A DNA stretch of 64,000 bases, taken from assembly GCA_030609325.1 (NCBI GenBank), contig JAUWCL010000002.1, positions 69,451 through 133,450 of the forward strand, in the 5' to 3' direction. A model generated the notes under the pieces. That model had not been told where the DNA came from, made no database searches, and worked only from the letters and a program-made list of their open reading frames with translations. Position 1 is the stretch's first letter. Each line of letters opens with the position of its first letter. Made by a program: the position numbers and the translations under genes. Below are positions 27,874 through 38,566 of this stretch, piece after piece. Source of the DNA: Candidatus Krumholzibacteriota bacterium. GTDB taxonomy: Bacteria > Krumholzibacteriota > Krumholzibacteriia > Krumholzibacteriales > Krumholzibacteriaceae.

Positions 27874-30024
27874 ATGCTTATGCAGTCCACTTCTACCAGG
27901 GGAAAGAAGGAGACCGTCCGCCAGGGACCTCCCGCGACATTCACATCGATCCGCAAGAGAGACGGGCGCTTTGTCGACTTCGACGCGGACAAGATCACGA
28001 GGGCGATCCTCAAGGCGGGCCGCGCCACCGGAGAGTTCTCCGAGGACATCGCTCGCAAGCTTGCCATCCGCGTGCTCGGCCTCACCCAGGTGATGGCCCG
28101 GGGCGACGTGCCGACCGTCGAGGAGATCCAGAACGTCGTCGAAGACGTGCTGCTGACCTCCCCTTTCAAAAAGACCGCGAAGGCGTACATTCTCTACCGC
28201 GACCAGCACGCGAGGATCAGGGAGATGATCAGCAAGGCAGACGTCGACCTGATCGATAACTACCTTGAGAAGCTCGACTGGAAGGTCCGCGAGAACAGCA
28301 ACATGGCCTACTCCCTCCAGGGCCTGAACAACTACATCTCCAGCGAGGTGAGCAAGACATACTGGCTCAACAAGATCTACACGGCCGAGGTCCGCGAGGC
28401 ACACTCCTCGGGCGCGCTCCACATACACGACCTCGGCCTCCTGTCGGTCTACTGCGTCGGTTGGGACCTTCACGACCTCCTGCGCAGTGGCTTCCGCGGA
28501 GCGGCGGGCAAGGCGGAGAGCAATCCTGCGAAACATTTCCAAACCGCGCTCGGGCAGATCGTAAACTTCTTCTATACGCTGCAGGGAGAGGCGGCCGGCG
28601 CGCAGGCGTTCTCGAACTTCGACACGCTGCTCGCCCCGTTCATCCGCTACGACGGTCTCTCGTACAGGGAAGTCAAGCAGGCCCTGCAGGCGTTCGTCTT
28701 CAACGTGAACGTCCCTACGAGGGTCGGGTTCCAGACCCCGTTCACCAACCTCACCCTGGATCTCCAGCCGCCTGCGGCCCTCGCGAGCGAGCCGGTCATA
28801 ATCGGCGGCAAACCGATGAAGGAGAACTACGGGGAGTTCAGCGAGGAAATGGTGATGCTCAACAGGGCGTTCCTCGAGGTACTCGCTGAGGGAGACGCCC
28901 GCGGCAGGGTATTCACCTTCCCCATCCCGACATACAACATATCTCCCGATTTCGACTGGGACGCCCCCGGCCTCGAACGCCTCTGGGAGGTGACTGCGAA
29001 GTACGGGATCCCCTACTTCGCCAACTTCGTCAATTCCGACCTCTCGCCCGACGACGCCCGGTCGATGTGCTGCAGGCTGAGGCTCGACCTCAGGTCGCTC
29101 GAAAAGAGGGGCGGCGGGCTGTTCGGCGCCAATCCCCTCACCGGCTCGATCGGCGTTGTGACGATCAACATGCCCCGCATCGGCCATCTCTCCGAGACGG
29201 AGGATGAGTTCATCGGCCGCCTCGGCCACCTCATGGAAATCGCGCGGACGAGCCTCGAGACGAAGCGCAAGGTCCTGGAGGGATTCACGGAGAAGAACCT
29301 CTATCCCTACACGAAATACTACCTGCGCAACATGCGCGAGAAACACGACTGCTACTGGTTCAACCACTTCTCGACGATCGGGCTCGTCGGCCTCAACGAG
29401 GCGTGCCTCAACTTCTACGGCGTGACGATCGGCGATCCGAAGGGTGCGGAGTTCGCCGGCCGGACCCTGGACTTCATGAGGGAAAAGCTCAGGGTCTTCC
29501 AGGAGGAGACGGGCAACTTCTACAACCTCGAGGCGACCCCGGCCGAGGGCACGGCCTACCGCCTCGCGAGGATCGACCGAGAGAAGTTCCCGGGCATCAG
29601 GTGCGCGAATGACGACCAGGCGGCCGGGGGTGCCGAGCCGTTCTACACCAACTCAAGCCAGCTCCCCGTCGACTTCACCGACGACGTATTCGAGATGTTC
29701 GACCTCCAGGACGAGATCCAGGCAAAATATACCGGCGGCACTGTCCTTCATGTCTTTCTCGGCGAGGCAGTTGCCGATTCCGGAGCAATAAAGAACTTCG
29801 TCCGCAAGGTGTGCAACAACTACCGGCTCCCCTATTTCACCATCTCGCCGACCTTCTCCGTCTGCCCCGAGCACGGGTATATCCGGGGAGAGATCACCCG
29901 ATGTCCCGACTGCAAGCGGGAGACAGAAGTCTACTCACGCGTTGTCGGCTACCTCAGGCCCGTAGATCAGTGGAACGCGGGCAAGCAGGCCGAGTTCGAG
30001 ATCAGGAAGAGGTATTCGATCTGA
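27874..30024 (+). CDS. nrdD: anaerobic ribonucleoside-triphosphate reductase (class III)
   Basis: ATP-cone N-terminus, glycyl-radical C-terminus (...RVVGYLRPV) and C-terminal CPDC zinc site; about 717 aa. Confidence 0.9.
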   Translation: MLMQSTSTRGKKETVRQGPPATFTSIRKRDGRFVDFDADKITRAILKAGRATGEFSEDIARKLAIRVLGLTQVMARGDVPTVEEIQNVVEDVLLTSPFKKTAKAYILYRDQHARIREMISKADVDLIDNYLEKLDWKVRENSNMAYSLQGLNNYISSEVSKTYWLNKIYTAEVREAHSSGALHIHDLGLLSVYCVGWDLHDLLRSGFRGAAGKAESNPAKHFQTALGQIVNFFYTLQGEAAGAQAFSNFDTLLAPFIRYDGLSYREVKQALQAFVFNVNVPTRVGFQTPFTNLTLDLQPPAALASEPVIIGGKPMKENYGEFSEEMVMLNRAFLEVLAEGDARGRVFTFPIPTYNISPDFDWDAPGLERLWEVTAKYGIPYFANFVNSDLSPDDARSMCCRLRLDLRSLEKRGGGLFGANPLTGSIGVVTINMPRIGHLSETEDEFIGRLGHLMEIARTSLETKRKVLEGFTEKNLYPYTKYYLRNMREKHDCYWFNHFSTIGLVGLNEACLNFYGVTIGDPKGAEFAGRTLDFMREKLRVFQEETGNFYNLEATPAEGTAYRLARIDREKFPGIRCANDDQAAGGAEPFYTNSSQLPVDFTDDVFEMFDLQDEIQAKYTGGTVLHVFLGEAVADSGAIKNFVRKVCNNYRLPYFTISPTFSVCPEHGYIRGEITRCPDCKRETEVYSRVVGYLRPVDQWNAGKQAEFEIRKRYSI

Positions 30025-30653
30025 TGAGGATCGGCGGATTCCAGAAATTCAGCCTCAGCGACTTTCCCGGCCGCATAGCCGCGATCGTATTCACGCAGGG
30101 CTGCAACTTCCGGTGCCCCTTCTGCCACAACGGCGGCCTCATCCCCGAGGACCCGGAGGAGGGCCTTCTCATTCCCGAGGAATATGTGCTATCCTACCTC
30201 CGTTCGCGCACGGGAAAGCTCGACGGCCTGGTCGTCACCGGCGGCGAGCCCACCGTGCAGGAGGACCTTGCCGCTTTTCTGCGTAAGGTCCGGGAGATCG
30301 GATACGGGATCAAAATCGACACAAACGGCAGCAGACCGGAAGTGCTCGAGCGCCTGATATCCGAGGGTCTCGTCGATTTTGTCTCGATGGACGTGAAGGC
30401 GCCTCCCTGGTCGTACGACAGGCTGGCCGGCGTGCCGGCTCCCATCGACGAGATCACCAGGTCGATCGACCTGCTCTCCCGTTGCGGGATAGAGCATGAG
30501 TTCAGGACGACACGGGTATCCACCCTCCTCTCCGATACCGACATGGACGGGGTGGCGGAGATGATACCGGACGGGTCGACGTTCAAGCTTCAGACATTCA
30601 ACCCTTCGCGGGCTTTCGACAGGTCGCTGCGGGCGGCCGCAGCGCAGCACTAG
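30024..30653 (+). CDS. nrdG: anaerobic ribonucleotide reductase activating protein (radical SAM)
   Basis: CNFRCPFC CxxxCxxC motif. TGATG overlap with the nrdD stop. The 29811 track start is an upstream in-frame extension. Confidence 0.85.
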   Translation: MRIGGFQKFSLSDFPGRIAAIVFTQGCNFRCPFCHNGGLIPEDPEEGLLIPEEYVLSYLRSRTGKLDGLVVTGGEPTVQEDLAAFLRKVREIGYGIKIDTNGSRPEVLERLISEGLVDFVSMDVKAPPWSYDRLAGVPAPIDEITRSIDLLSRCGIEHEFRTTRVSTLLSDTDMDGVAEMIPDGSTFKLQTFNPSRAFDRSLRAAAAQH

Positions 30654-30690
30654 ACGGAACGAATAACCATAAAACTAACGGAGACTTGCC

Positions 30691-33225
30691 ATGCCGATGA
30701 GCAGGAATGAGATGTTCGATAAGTGGGGGGTCTTTCACAAATCGTACGACGCAACCGGCATCCTCAATGATTTCGCCAATCACATCGAGTATTCCCGTTC
30801 GAAGGACCGGTACACCGCGACGCTGAAAGACCTCTATTTCTCCCTGGCGCTGACCGCCCGCGACAGACTCGTCGAGCAGTGGATCAAGACGCAGCAGCTC
30901 TATCACCAGAAAGACATCAAGCGCGTCTACTACCTCTCCGCCGAATATCTGATGGGCAGGGCGCTGTTGAACAACATGATCAATCTCGATATATACGACC
31001 AGACCCTCGAGGCGATGGGGAAGATCGATCTCGATCTCGAGAAAATTATCGACCAGGAACCCGACGCCGGGCTGGGCAACGGAGGCCTCGGACGCCTGGC
31101 GGCCTGTTTTCTCGACTCGATGGCGACGCTCATGATCCCGGCCGTCGGTTACGGCATACGGTACGAGTTCGGAATCTTCGAGCAGGAAATAAAGGACATG
31201 GCCCAGCGCGAATGCCCCGACGAATGGCTCAAGTACGGCAATCCCTGGGAGATCGAAAGGCCCGAGTATTCATTCATCGTCAAGTTCTACGGAAAGGTCA
31301 CCGAGGATTGGGGGCCGGACGGAACGACGATACGAGAATGGACCGATACGAAGGACATCGTCGGTGTCGCCTACGACACTCCGATCGCCGGGTACGGCAA
31401 TATCACGGTCAACACCCTCAGGCTCTGGTCGGCACACGCAACGCGGGAGTTCAATCTCGATTTCTTCCAGAACGGCGACTACCTCAAGGCCGTCGAGCAG
31501 AAGAACCTCTCGGAGAACATCTCCAAGGTACTCTACCCCAACGACAGTACCTTCGAGGGGCGCGAGCTGCGCCTGATGCAGCAGTACTTCTTCGTCTCCT
31601 GCTCGATACAGGACATCATAAGAAGGTACCTGATCGATCACAAAACATTCGACGAATTCCCCGACAAGGCGGCGATCCAGCTCAACGACACCCATCCCTC
31701 GCTTGCGATCCCCGAGCTGATGAGGCTGCTGATCGACGATCACGACGTCAAGTGGGACAAGGCATGGGAGATCACCCGGAAAACGTGCGCTTACACGAAT
31801 CACACCCTCCTTCCCGAGGCGCTCGAGGAGTGGCCCGTGACGATGTTCGAAAAGCTGCTCCCGAGGCACATGCAGATAATCCACAGGATAGACCTGATGT
31901 TCCGCAAAAAAGTGTCGCTGAGATATCCGGGCGATACGGACAGGCTCACGCGTGTCTCGATCGTGACGGGCGATCCCGGAGCGAAGGTGAGGATGGCCCA
32001 TCTCGCCATGGTCGGTTCTCATTCCACCAACGGCGTTGCCGCCCTTCACACAAGGCTGCTGAAGAAATTCATCCTCAAGGACTTCGACGAGATCTTCCCC
32101 GAGAGGATCAACAACAAGACGAACGGAATCACGCCGAGACGATGGCTCCTCGCGGCCAATCCCGGGCTCGCATCGCTTATCACTGAGAAGATCGGCAGCG
32201 ATTGGGTCACCGATCTCAAGCAGCTGCGCCGCCTCGAGGAATTCTCCGGCGACGGGGAATTCATGGAGAGGTACACCGGGGTCAAGAAGGCGAACAAGGA
32301 GCGGCTGGCGAAACTTGCCGTCAGCCTTACCGATTTCGCCATCGACCCCTCGTCGATCTTCGATGTCCAGATCAAGCGTTTCCACGAGTACAAGCGGCAG
32401 TTGCTGAACATTCTCCACGTGATGTACTCCTGGCTGCGGCTCAAGGAAGACCCGGATTACAAGCCCTGCCCGCGGACTTTTATATTCGCCGGCAAGGCCG
32501 CGCCCGACTACCTCATATCGAAGCTCGTCATCAGTCTGGTCAACCACGTGGCCGCCATGATCAACGACGACAGTGAGACCGGCGACATTCTCAAGGTCAT
32601 CTTCCTGCCGAACTACGGGGTGACCCTCGCCGAGGCGATCATACCGGCGGCCGACGTCTCGGAGCAGATCTCGACGGCGGGTTACGAGGCGTCCGGTACG
32701 GGAAACATGAAGCTGACCCTCAACGGCGCCCTTACGGTCGGGACGCTCGACGGAGCGAACATAGAGATCATGGAAGAGGTCGGCGAGGAAAACATCTTCA
32801 TATTCGGCCTGAGCGCTTCGGAGGCGAGACAGCTCGCCGCCGAGTACGACGCCCGTAAATTCCTCGCTGCCGACCCGATTCTGAAGAAAACGGTCGAGCT
32901 GCTTCGCAGCGGGTTCTTCTCACCGCGGCAGAAGGACCTGTTCCGGCCGCTCGTCGACGCAATCCTGGGAAATGACAGGTTCCTCGTGCTGGCCGATTTC
33001 GACTCTTACCGGCAGGCGCAGGAAAGGGCCTGCAGGGAATACGTGGACCGTGATTTATGGAACAGGAAATCCCTTCTCAACGTGGCCCGCTCGGGTAAGT
33101 TCTCATCCGACAGGACGATCCTCGAATACAACAGGGAGATCTGGCACGCCGACCGTCTCATCATCCCCGCCGAAAAGATGAATATCGCGTCGGCCGACCC
33201 GGCGTTCATCGACCGGGAAGATTGA
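30691..33225 (+). CDS. glgP: glycogen/alpha-glucan phosphorylase
   Basis: EASGTGNMKLTLNG pyridoxal-phosphate site and full GT35 architecture, 844 aa. Confidence 0.9.
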   Translation: MPMSRNEMFDKWGVFHKSYDATGILNDFANHIEYSRSKDRYTATLKDLYFSLALTARDRLVEQWIKTQQLYHQKDIKRVYYLSAEYLMGRALLNNMINLDIYDQTLEAMGKIDLDLEKIIDQEPDAGLGNGGLGRLAACFLDSMATLMIPAVGYGIRYEFGIFEQEIKDMAQRECPDEWLKYGNPWEIERPEYSFIVKFYGKVTEDWGPDGTTIREWTDTKDIVGVAYDTPIAGYGNITVNTLRLWSAHATREFNLDFFQNGDYLKAVEQKNLSENISKVLYPNDSTFEGRELRLMQQYFFVSCSIQDIIRRYLIDHKTFDEFPDKAAIQLNDTHPSLAIPELMRLLIDDHDVKWDKAWEITRKTCAYTNHTLLPEALEEWPVTMFEKLLPRHMQIIHRIDLMFRKKVSLRYPGDTDRLTRVSIVTGDPGAKVRMAHLAMVGSHSTNGVAALHTRLLKKFILKDFDEIFPERINNKTNGITPRRWLLAANPGLASLITEKIGSDWVTDLKQLRRLEEFSGDGEFMERYTGVKKANKERLAKLAVSLTDFAIDPSSIFDVQIKRFHEYKRQLLNILHVMYSWLRLKEDPDYKPCPRTFIFAGKAAPDYLISKLVISLVNHVAAMINDDSETGDILKVIFLPNYGVTLAEAIIPAADVSEQISTAGYEASGTGNMKLTLNGALTVGTLDGANIEIMEEVGEENIFIFGLSASEARQLAAEYDARKFLAADPILKKTVELLRSGFFSPRQKDLFRPLVDAILGNDRFLVLADFDSYRQAQERACREYVDRDLWNRKSLLNVARSGKFSSDRTILEYNREIWHADRLIIPAEKMNIASADPAFIDRED

Positions 33226-33316
33226 CAAAGAGCCGGACCTCCGGATCGTCTCCGGAACCCCGGCCCGTTCATTGGCAAAAAAATACGCTCATCGCTACCC
33301 CGCCGTGCGGGGCGGC

Positions 33317-34345
33317 TTACATAGCCGGAGCGAAGGCCGAATCGGCGTACTCGACCTCGGCTCTCTCCCGCAGGGAGGTCATGTAGCTGTTCATCTCATC
33401 CTGCTTCTTCATCTCGGCGAGATAATCGATGATGCTGTCCCTGGCGTCCTCGAATGATGTGACGCTCGATTCTTCCTTCTCTGTAACCTCGATGACGTGA
33501 TATCCGAACTTCGTCTCGACGACGGGGCTGATCTCACCCGGCTCGAGGGCGAACGCGGCGTCCTCGAACGGCCTGACCATCTGGCCCTTTCCGAAGAAAC
33601 CCAGGTCCCCGCCCTTGCTCGCACTCGGGCAGTCCGAATTCTCCGTGGCGAGCGTTGCGATGTCTTCGCCGGCGACGAGCCTGGCGTGGAGCTCCTCGAT
33701 TTTCGTCTTCTTCTGCTCGCGCACTAACTCCGAGTCTGTCTCCTCGACCTTTATCAGGATATGGGAGGTGCGGATTCTCTCGGGCGTCGAGAATCTCTGC
33801 GTGTTCGAATCGTAGAACTTCCTGGCCTCTTTTTCCGTAGGCGCAGCGACGCCGGCGGTCTTGAGCCCGACCAGTTCCTCCAGCCTGATACCCCGGTCGA
33901 CTTCCACGCGGAACTCCTCGGGGGTCATGTTGCTCCTGCCCAGCTGGGCGACGAAGGCCTCCTCGTCGGGGAAGTTGGCCCTGATTTCCTCATATTTCGC
34001 ATCGACCTGCTCGGCCGTCACGGTGATATTCTCCCTGTCGGCGGCCTGCGCGAGAAGTGCCCTGTTCACGAGGTTGGCGACAGCCTGCTGCTTCAGCATC
34101 GGCTCCATCGAGTCGAGCTGCTGCGCACTGACCCTGCCAACCATCTGCTGACTGAGCATCGCGAGTTCCTGTGAGACTTCCTTGTCTCCGATTACGACGC
34201 CGTTTACCCTTGCTACGAAATCCGCCTTGTCCGTCACAGGGGTGTCCATGCTTTCACCGCTTTCTTTCTTCCCGTCTCCCCCACATCCGGCAATGGCAGC
34301 CACCATGATAAAAAGCAGGATAAACGCGATCTTCGTTCTGAACAT
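33317..34345 (-). CDS. PpiC-type peptidyl-prolyl cis-trans isomerase lipoprotein (SurA/PrsA-like)
   Basis: Lipobox IAGC after a signal peptide (internal ATG start). Parvulin domain (SHILIKVEE..., GGDLGFFGKGQMVRPFEDAAFAL). Confidence 0.7.
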   Translation of the reverse strand: MFRTKIAFILLFIMVAAIAGCGGDGKKESGESMDTPVTDKADFVARVNGVVIGDKEVSQELAMLSQQMVGRVSAQQLDSMEPMLKQQAVANLVNRALLAQAADRENITVTAEQVDAKYEEIRANFPDEEAFVAQLGRSNMTPEEFRVEVDRGIRLEELVGLKTAGVAAPTEKEARKFYDSNTQRFSTPERIRTSHILIKVEETDSELVREQKKTKIEELHARLVAGEDIATLATENSDCPSASKGGDLGFFGKGQMVRPFEDAAFALEPGEISPVVETKFGYHVIEVTEKEESSVTSFEDARDSIIDYLAEMKKQDEMNSYMTSLRERAEVEYADSAFAPAM

Positions 34346-34578
34346 CGGATGGTTCCTCCCTCCGATAGAATAAATACGGCGGCCCCTGTCCGGCATAAAG
34401 GCCAGCTGCTCGACTCGAGAGCTCAACAGCCTTTACTGGGATTTTACCCGGTGACCGCCCGGCGCCCGCCCCCGCCGTTCTCGATGCGGAGCGGGCAAGC
34501 CCATATAAAGTAGCACCGGGGCAACTAAAAATCAATCACGGTGATTGATTTTCGGCCCGATTATACGAATATTGCAGT

Positions 34579-34866
34579 ATGGAAAATGAATTCGGACCGG
34601 TGGAACTGCCGATCGACGGGGCCCTGGACCTTCACACGTTCGACCCGTCGGAGGCGAAGGAGCTCGTGACGCACTATCTTGAGGAGTGCCGCGCGAAGGG
34701 AATCCTGGAAGTCAGGATAATCCATGGAAAGGGGACCGGAGCGATGCGGGAGACCGTTCACGCCCTCCTCGCCTCCCTCCCGTTCGTCGAATCGTACCGT
34801 CTCGCCGGTGAGGATGCGGGCGGCTGGGGAGCGACGATCGCCGTCCTGGAAATCCCGGACGATTGA
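34579..34866 (+). CDS. Smr-domain protein
   Basis: LDLHTFD...RIIHGKGTGAMRETV matches the Smr / MutS2 C-terminal domain. Confidence 0.7.
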   Translation: MENEFGPVELPIDGALDLHTFDPSEAKELVTHYLEECRAKGILEVRIIHGKGTGAMRETVHALLASLPFVESYRLAGEDAGGWGATIAVLEIPDD

Positions 34867-34874
34867 GAGCCCTG

Positions 34875-35369
34875 TCAGCGCCTGAAGCCCCCGGCTCCCT
34901 CCAGGTCGAGCAGTCGCTTCTTCTTTCCGAGCCCCCCACCAAAGCCCGTCAGCCACCCGTCGGCCCCTATCACCCTGTGGCACGGAACGATAATCGATAT
35001 CGGATTCTCCCCGTTCGCCGCCCCGACGGCCCTGGCGGCCTTCGGATTACCCATCCTCCTCGCCTGCTCGCCGTACGATATCGTCTTCCCGTAGGGTATC
35101 CTGCGCAGCTGGCGCCATGCGGCGAGCTGGAACGGCGTGCCCTCGGGGGCGAGCTTCAGGTCGAACTTCCTTCTCTCTCCCCTGAAGTACTCGGCGAGCT
35201 GTTTCCTGACCTCGGCGAAAGGCCTGTCGGACTTCTCCCACATCGGTCCGGGAAATCCCTTCCACGGCCTGCGGAAAAGTACATCGGTCAGCTTCCCGTC
35301 GCGGCCCGCTATGAAGATCTCGCCGACGTGGGTCTTCATTGTAGTCCAGCATTTCTTCTTCCCTGCCAT
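34875..35369 (-). CDS. ogt: methylated-DNA-protein-cysteine S-methyltransferase
   Basis: PCHRVIG active-site motif with preceding HTH (RRIPYGKTISYGEQAR). Confidence 0.8.
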   Translation of the reverse strand: MAGKKKCWTTMKTHVGEIFIAGRDGKLTDVLFRRPWKGFPGPMWEKSDRPFAEVRKQLAEYFRGERRKFDLKLAPEGTPFQLAAWRQLRRIPYGKTISYGEQARRMGNPKAARAVGAANGENPISIIVPCHRVIGADGWLTGFGGGLGKKKRLLDLEGAGGFRR

Positions 35370-35523
35370 TACATGCTCCGTTCGCAGAAGACAGGTAGTT
35401 CATCAGCATGATATCAGGATACTCACCGGATATTCCAGACATAGCGGGACGATATATCAAGCCGCCACTATTATTTAAAATCCCTTTTTCAGCTGCCGGC
35501 GGGCCGCTACAATCTGGCTTGAT

Positions 35524-37374
35524 ATGAAACGGGCAGCGGGCATCAATACGATTCTCATGCTGACGTTCCTTCTCGGAGCGCCTTCAGGCGCTTTCCCCTC
35601 CGCCGCAGACGGTCCTTACGCAGACCAGGTGTACGACACGATATCCGCGAAAAGCGAAGAGAAGATGGACTCTCTCCAGGTTCAGATGGAGAGAAACTCC
35701 CTCGGCGGGCTCCTCTCCGATTACATCTTCACAACGAGACTCGATCCCGCCAGCGTAGGGACCGGGGCCGTGAAGAGCGAGGATCCATATCTTCCGTACC
35801 TCGGGAAATTCATCCGCCATATCGAGATCTTCAGGTACAACATACTCAGTGACACCGAGGTCGGAACCGCGTATCCCGACGGGCCCGGCCTCGTCCGCGC
35901 GATAGACCGGATTCACATAGACACCAGGGAGAGCAAGATCGCCGCCTTCCTCCTCTTCGAGGAAGGCGACCCCGTAAATCCCTACGCCCTGTCCGACACG
36001 GAGCGTCTCCTCAGGGAGACCGCCTTTATCCAGGACGCTATGGTCAGATTGGTCCCGGTCGAGGGAATCGCCGATTCGGTCGACGTCCAGATACTTACGA
36101 GGGACGTCTGGTCGCTGGGAGTCAACGCCCGCGCGATAACGGTCGATCGCTACAAGCTGAAGTTCTACGAGAGAAACCTCATCGGATACGGCCATACGAT
36201 CGAGTGGGAGGCGTCGCTCGATTTCAGCCGGGACAGGCTCGCAGACCACACGATCTTCTACAGGGCGCCCAATATCTACGGGACGTTCGTCGACGGTGAG
36301 GTGCGGCTTGTCGACGCCGTCGCGTACAAGCATAACAAATGGGGCCTGAGCCGCGGGTACGTTTCCCCCGAGATAAAATGGACCGGCGCCGTATTCATCG
36401 AGGGCATGGACGATCTCGATGAGGATCCGGCCAGGATAAGGAAATGGGACCGCGAGAATTTCTGGCTCGGCCGGTCGATCCGACTGGGCAGGGGGTATAC
36501 CGAAGAGGGAAGCAGGAGGAGGGTCATACTCTCGGCGAGAAGCACGAGGACCGATTATCATGTCCGTCCCCCGGTCGGGGCGGACCTGAACCGCGGGTAT
36601 CACGACAGATCTGTTTTTCTCGGCAGCGCGGCCCTGACCGAGAGAAGCTTCAGGAAGATGAGGATGGTCTTCAGCTTCGGCCGTACCGAGGATATCCCCT
36701 ACGGGTTCCTCGCCACGGTCACTGGCGGCACCGGCGTGTCCGAGTTCTTCACGAGGCCGTACACGTCTATCGACCTCGCCTATGCCGGTTTCTGCGGGAG
36801 TTCGGGATATTTCTCTGCAAGGGCCGCCATCGGCAGCTATTACCGGAACGATCATGTCGAGGACGGGACATTCTCCCTGACGCTGGGAGGGTTCAGCAGC
36901 CTCCTGCCATTCTGGCGCTCGGTGGCGAGGCATTTCTTCATAGTGGACTACATCTACGGGTACAACAGGCTCCCGAACGACAATGTCGATCTGGAGGAGC
37001 CGAGGGGCGGCCTGAGGGGACTGTCCAACACTGGCATCGAGGGCAAGGAGCGCCTCACGCTCTCATGGGAGGGCATACTGTTCGCCGACTGGGACTTGTA
37101 CGGATTCCGTTTCGCCTCGTTCGGATATGCCGAGGCGGGCCAGGCCGGACCCGAATGGAATTCCTTCCTCGACGGAAAATACTACTGCAGCCTCGGCGGC
37201 GGGTTCAGGGCACACAACGAGAGGCTGATCTTCGACGCGTACGAGGCGAGGTTCATGTTTCATCCCGTCGTGCCCGAGGGAGCGGATACGGCATTGTTCA
37301 GGTTCGAGGCGGTCAGAAACCTCAGGATCCCCTTCCTCTCGCCGGGCGCGCCGAGGGTCCTCAAGTACGAGTGA
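35524..37374 (+). CDS. outer-membrane beta-barrel protein, Omp85/TpsB-like with one POTRA-like domain
   Basis: Signal peptide. POTRA-like segment (IHIDTRESKIAAFLLFEEG...VDVQI). Long C-terminal region with alternating aromatic/hydrophobic beta-strand pattern. Confidence 0.4.
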   Translation: MKRAAGINTILMLTFLLGAPSGAFPSAADGPYADQVYDTISAKSEEKMDSLQVQMERNSLGGLLSDYIFTTRLDPASVGTGAVKSEDPYLPYLGKFIRHIEIFRYNILSDTEVGTAYPDGPGLVRAIDRIHIDTRESKIAAFLLFEEGDPVNPYALSDTERLLRETAFIQDAMVRLVPVEGIADSVDVQILTRDVWSLGVNARAITVDRYKLKFYERNLIGYGHTIEWEASLDFSRDRLADHTIFYRAPNIYGTFVDGEVRLVDAVAYKHNKWGLSRGYVSPEIKWTGAVFIEGMDDLDEDPARIRKWDRENFWLGRSIRLGRGYTEEGSRRRVILSARSTRTDYHVRPPVGADLNRGYHDRSVFLGSAALTERSFRKMRMVFSFGRTEDIPYGFLATVTGGTGVSEFFTRPYTSIDLAYAGFCGSSGYFSARAAIGSYYRNDHVEDGTFSLTLGGFSSLLPFWRSVARHFFIVDYIYGYNRLPNDNVDLEEPRGGLRGLSNTGIEGKERLTLSWEGILFADWDLYGFRFASFGYAEAGQAGPEWNSFLDGKYYCSLGGGFRAHNERLIFDAYEARFMFHPVVPEGADTALFRFEAVRNLRIPFLSPGAPRVLKYE

Positions 37375-37422
37375 TCCCCACCCCAGCCCGGATGTGGTAT
37401 AATCCGGACAGGTGATGGCCCG

Positions 37423-38445
37423 ATGAAACGGACGAGAAGAAGATTTCTGCAGGAGTTCGGCTCTCTGATCGTCGTCAGCGCCGGGGCGGGCATGGCCGAA
37501 GCGGCCGGCGGCGACGAAAGACCGGCCAGGCGTTCCCACCTCAAGATGCACCGCGACGGAGAGCTTCGGGAGCGGGGCCGGAAGCTCTGGGATATGATGG
37601 AAGAGTGCGAGCTCTGCCCGCGCATGTGCGGGGCGAAGAGGCTCGAGGGCGAACGCGGATTCTGCGGCGCTTCGGCTCAGCTCGAGATATCCTCTTACCA
37701 CCCCCATTTCGGCGAGGAGAGGCCGCTTGTCGGCAGGGGCGGCTCGGGGACGATATTCCTGACGCACTGCGGCCTGCGCTGCGTCTTCTGTATAAACTGG
37801 GACATCAGCCATCGCGGCGATGGCGCAGAGAGGGAGATAGAGGATATGGCCGCGATGATGATCGAGCTCGAGGGAATGGGCTGCGCCAACATCAACGTCG
37901 TCACCCCGACCCACTACGCGCCGCACATCGTGCTCGCCCTGGACATCGCAATCGGCAGGGGACTCGACCTGCCCCTCGTATGGAACACCTGCGGATGGGA
38001 AAGGCTCGAGACCTTGAGGCTCCTCGACGGTATCGTCGACATATACCTCCCCGACTTCAAGTACTCGAGCGGGGAGATGGCCGCGAAGTATTCCGCCGGA
38101 GCGAGGGACTACCCGAAGGTGGCGCAGAAGGCGCTGCTCGAGATGCAGCGGCAGGTCGGCACGGCGTACACGGCCCCGGACGGGCTCGTGCACCGGGGCC
38201 TGATGATACGCCATCTGGTCATGCCTAACGGCGTATCCGGCACCGGAAAGGTCATCCACTGGATCGCGAAAAACCTTCCGAGGGACACCTACCTCAACCT
38301 CATGTCGCAGTACACCCCCGCCTACATGGCCTCCCGCTACCCCGACATATCGAGAAGGCTCACGAGGGAAGAGTTCGAGGAGGCGGTAGAGCTGGCCCGG
38401 CGGGCCGGACTGATCAATCTCGACATCCAGCCGATGCCGCGCTAG
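37423..38445 (+). CDS. PflX-like radical SAM protein (COG1313; pyruvate formate-lyase activating enzyme homolog) with Tat-like N-terminus
   Basis: CGLRCVFC CxxxCxxC. N-terminus MKRTRRRFLQEFGSLIVVSAGAGMAEA resembles a twin-arginine signal. Confidence 0.7.
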   Translation: MKRTRRRFLQEFGSLIVVSAGAGMAEAAGGDERPARRSHLKMHRDGELRERGRKLWDMMEECELCPRMCGAKRLEGERGFCGASAQLEISSYHPHFGEERPLVGRGGSGTIFLTHCGLRCVFCINWDISHRGDGAEREIEDMAAMMIELEGMGCANINVVTPTHYAPHIVLALDIAIGRGLDLPLVWNTCGWERLETLRLLDGIVDIYLPDFKYSSGEMAAKYSAGARDYPKVAQKALLEMQRQVGTAYTAPDGLVHRGLMIRHLVMPNGVSGTGKVIHWIAKNLPRDTYLNLMSQYTPAYMASRYPDISRRLTREEFEEAVELARRAGLINLDIQPMPR

Positions 38446-38566
38446 AGTCCCGGCCCGAAACAGGTAGATTTCGGAGCCGTTTTCGCTTAATATTCTGCGG
38501 TGAAGGGGCCCTGCCGGTTCCCTGCGGCGACGGTCCCTTCGGCATTTACAGCAGGAGAGCTCGAAG

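Noticed and set aside
27598-29367. 589-aa minus-strand ORF
   Set aside because: Antisense to nrdD; composition dominated by R/E/L/A with no domain signatures.
30879-32547. Overlapping alternative-frame ORFs (435 aa plus-strand, 425 aa minus-strand) inside glgP
   Set aside because: glgP is full-length with its PLP site; the alternatives are Arg/Gly/Asp-rich shadows.
33226-33316. Possible shared terminator between glgP and the PpiC-type gene (CCCCGCCGTGCGGGGCGG hairpin)
   Set aside because: The T-run lies about 10 nt from the stem and only on one side; too weak to list as a feature.
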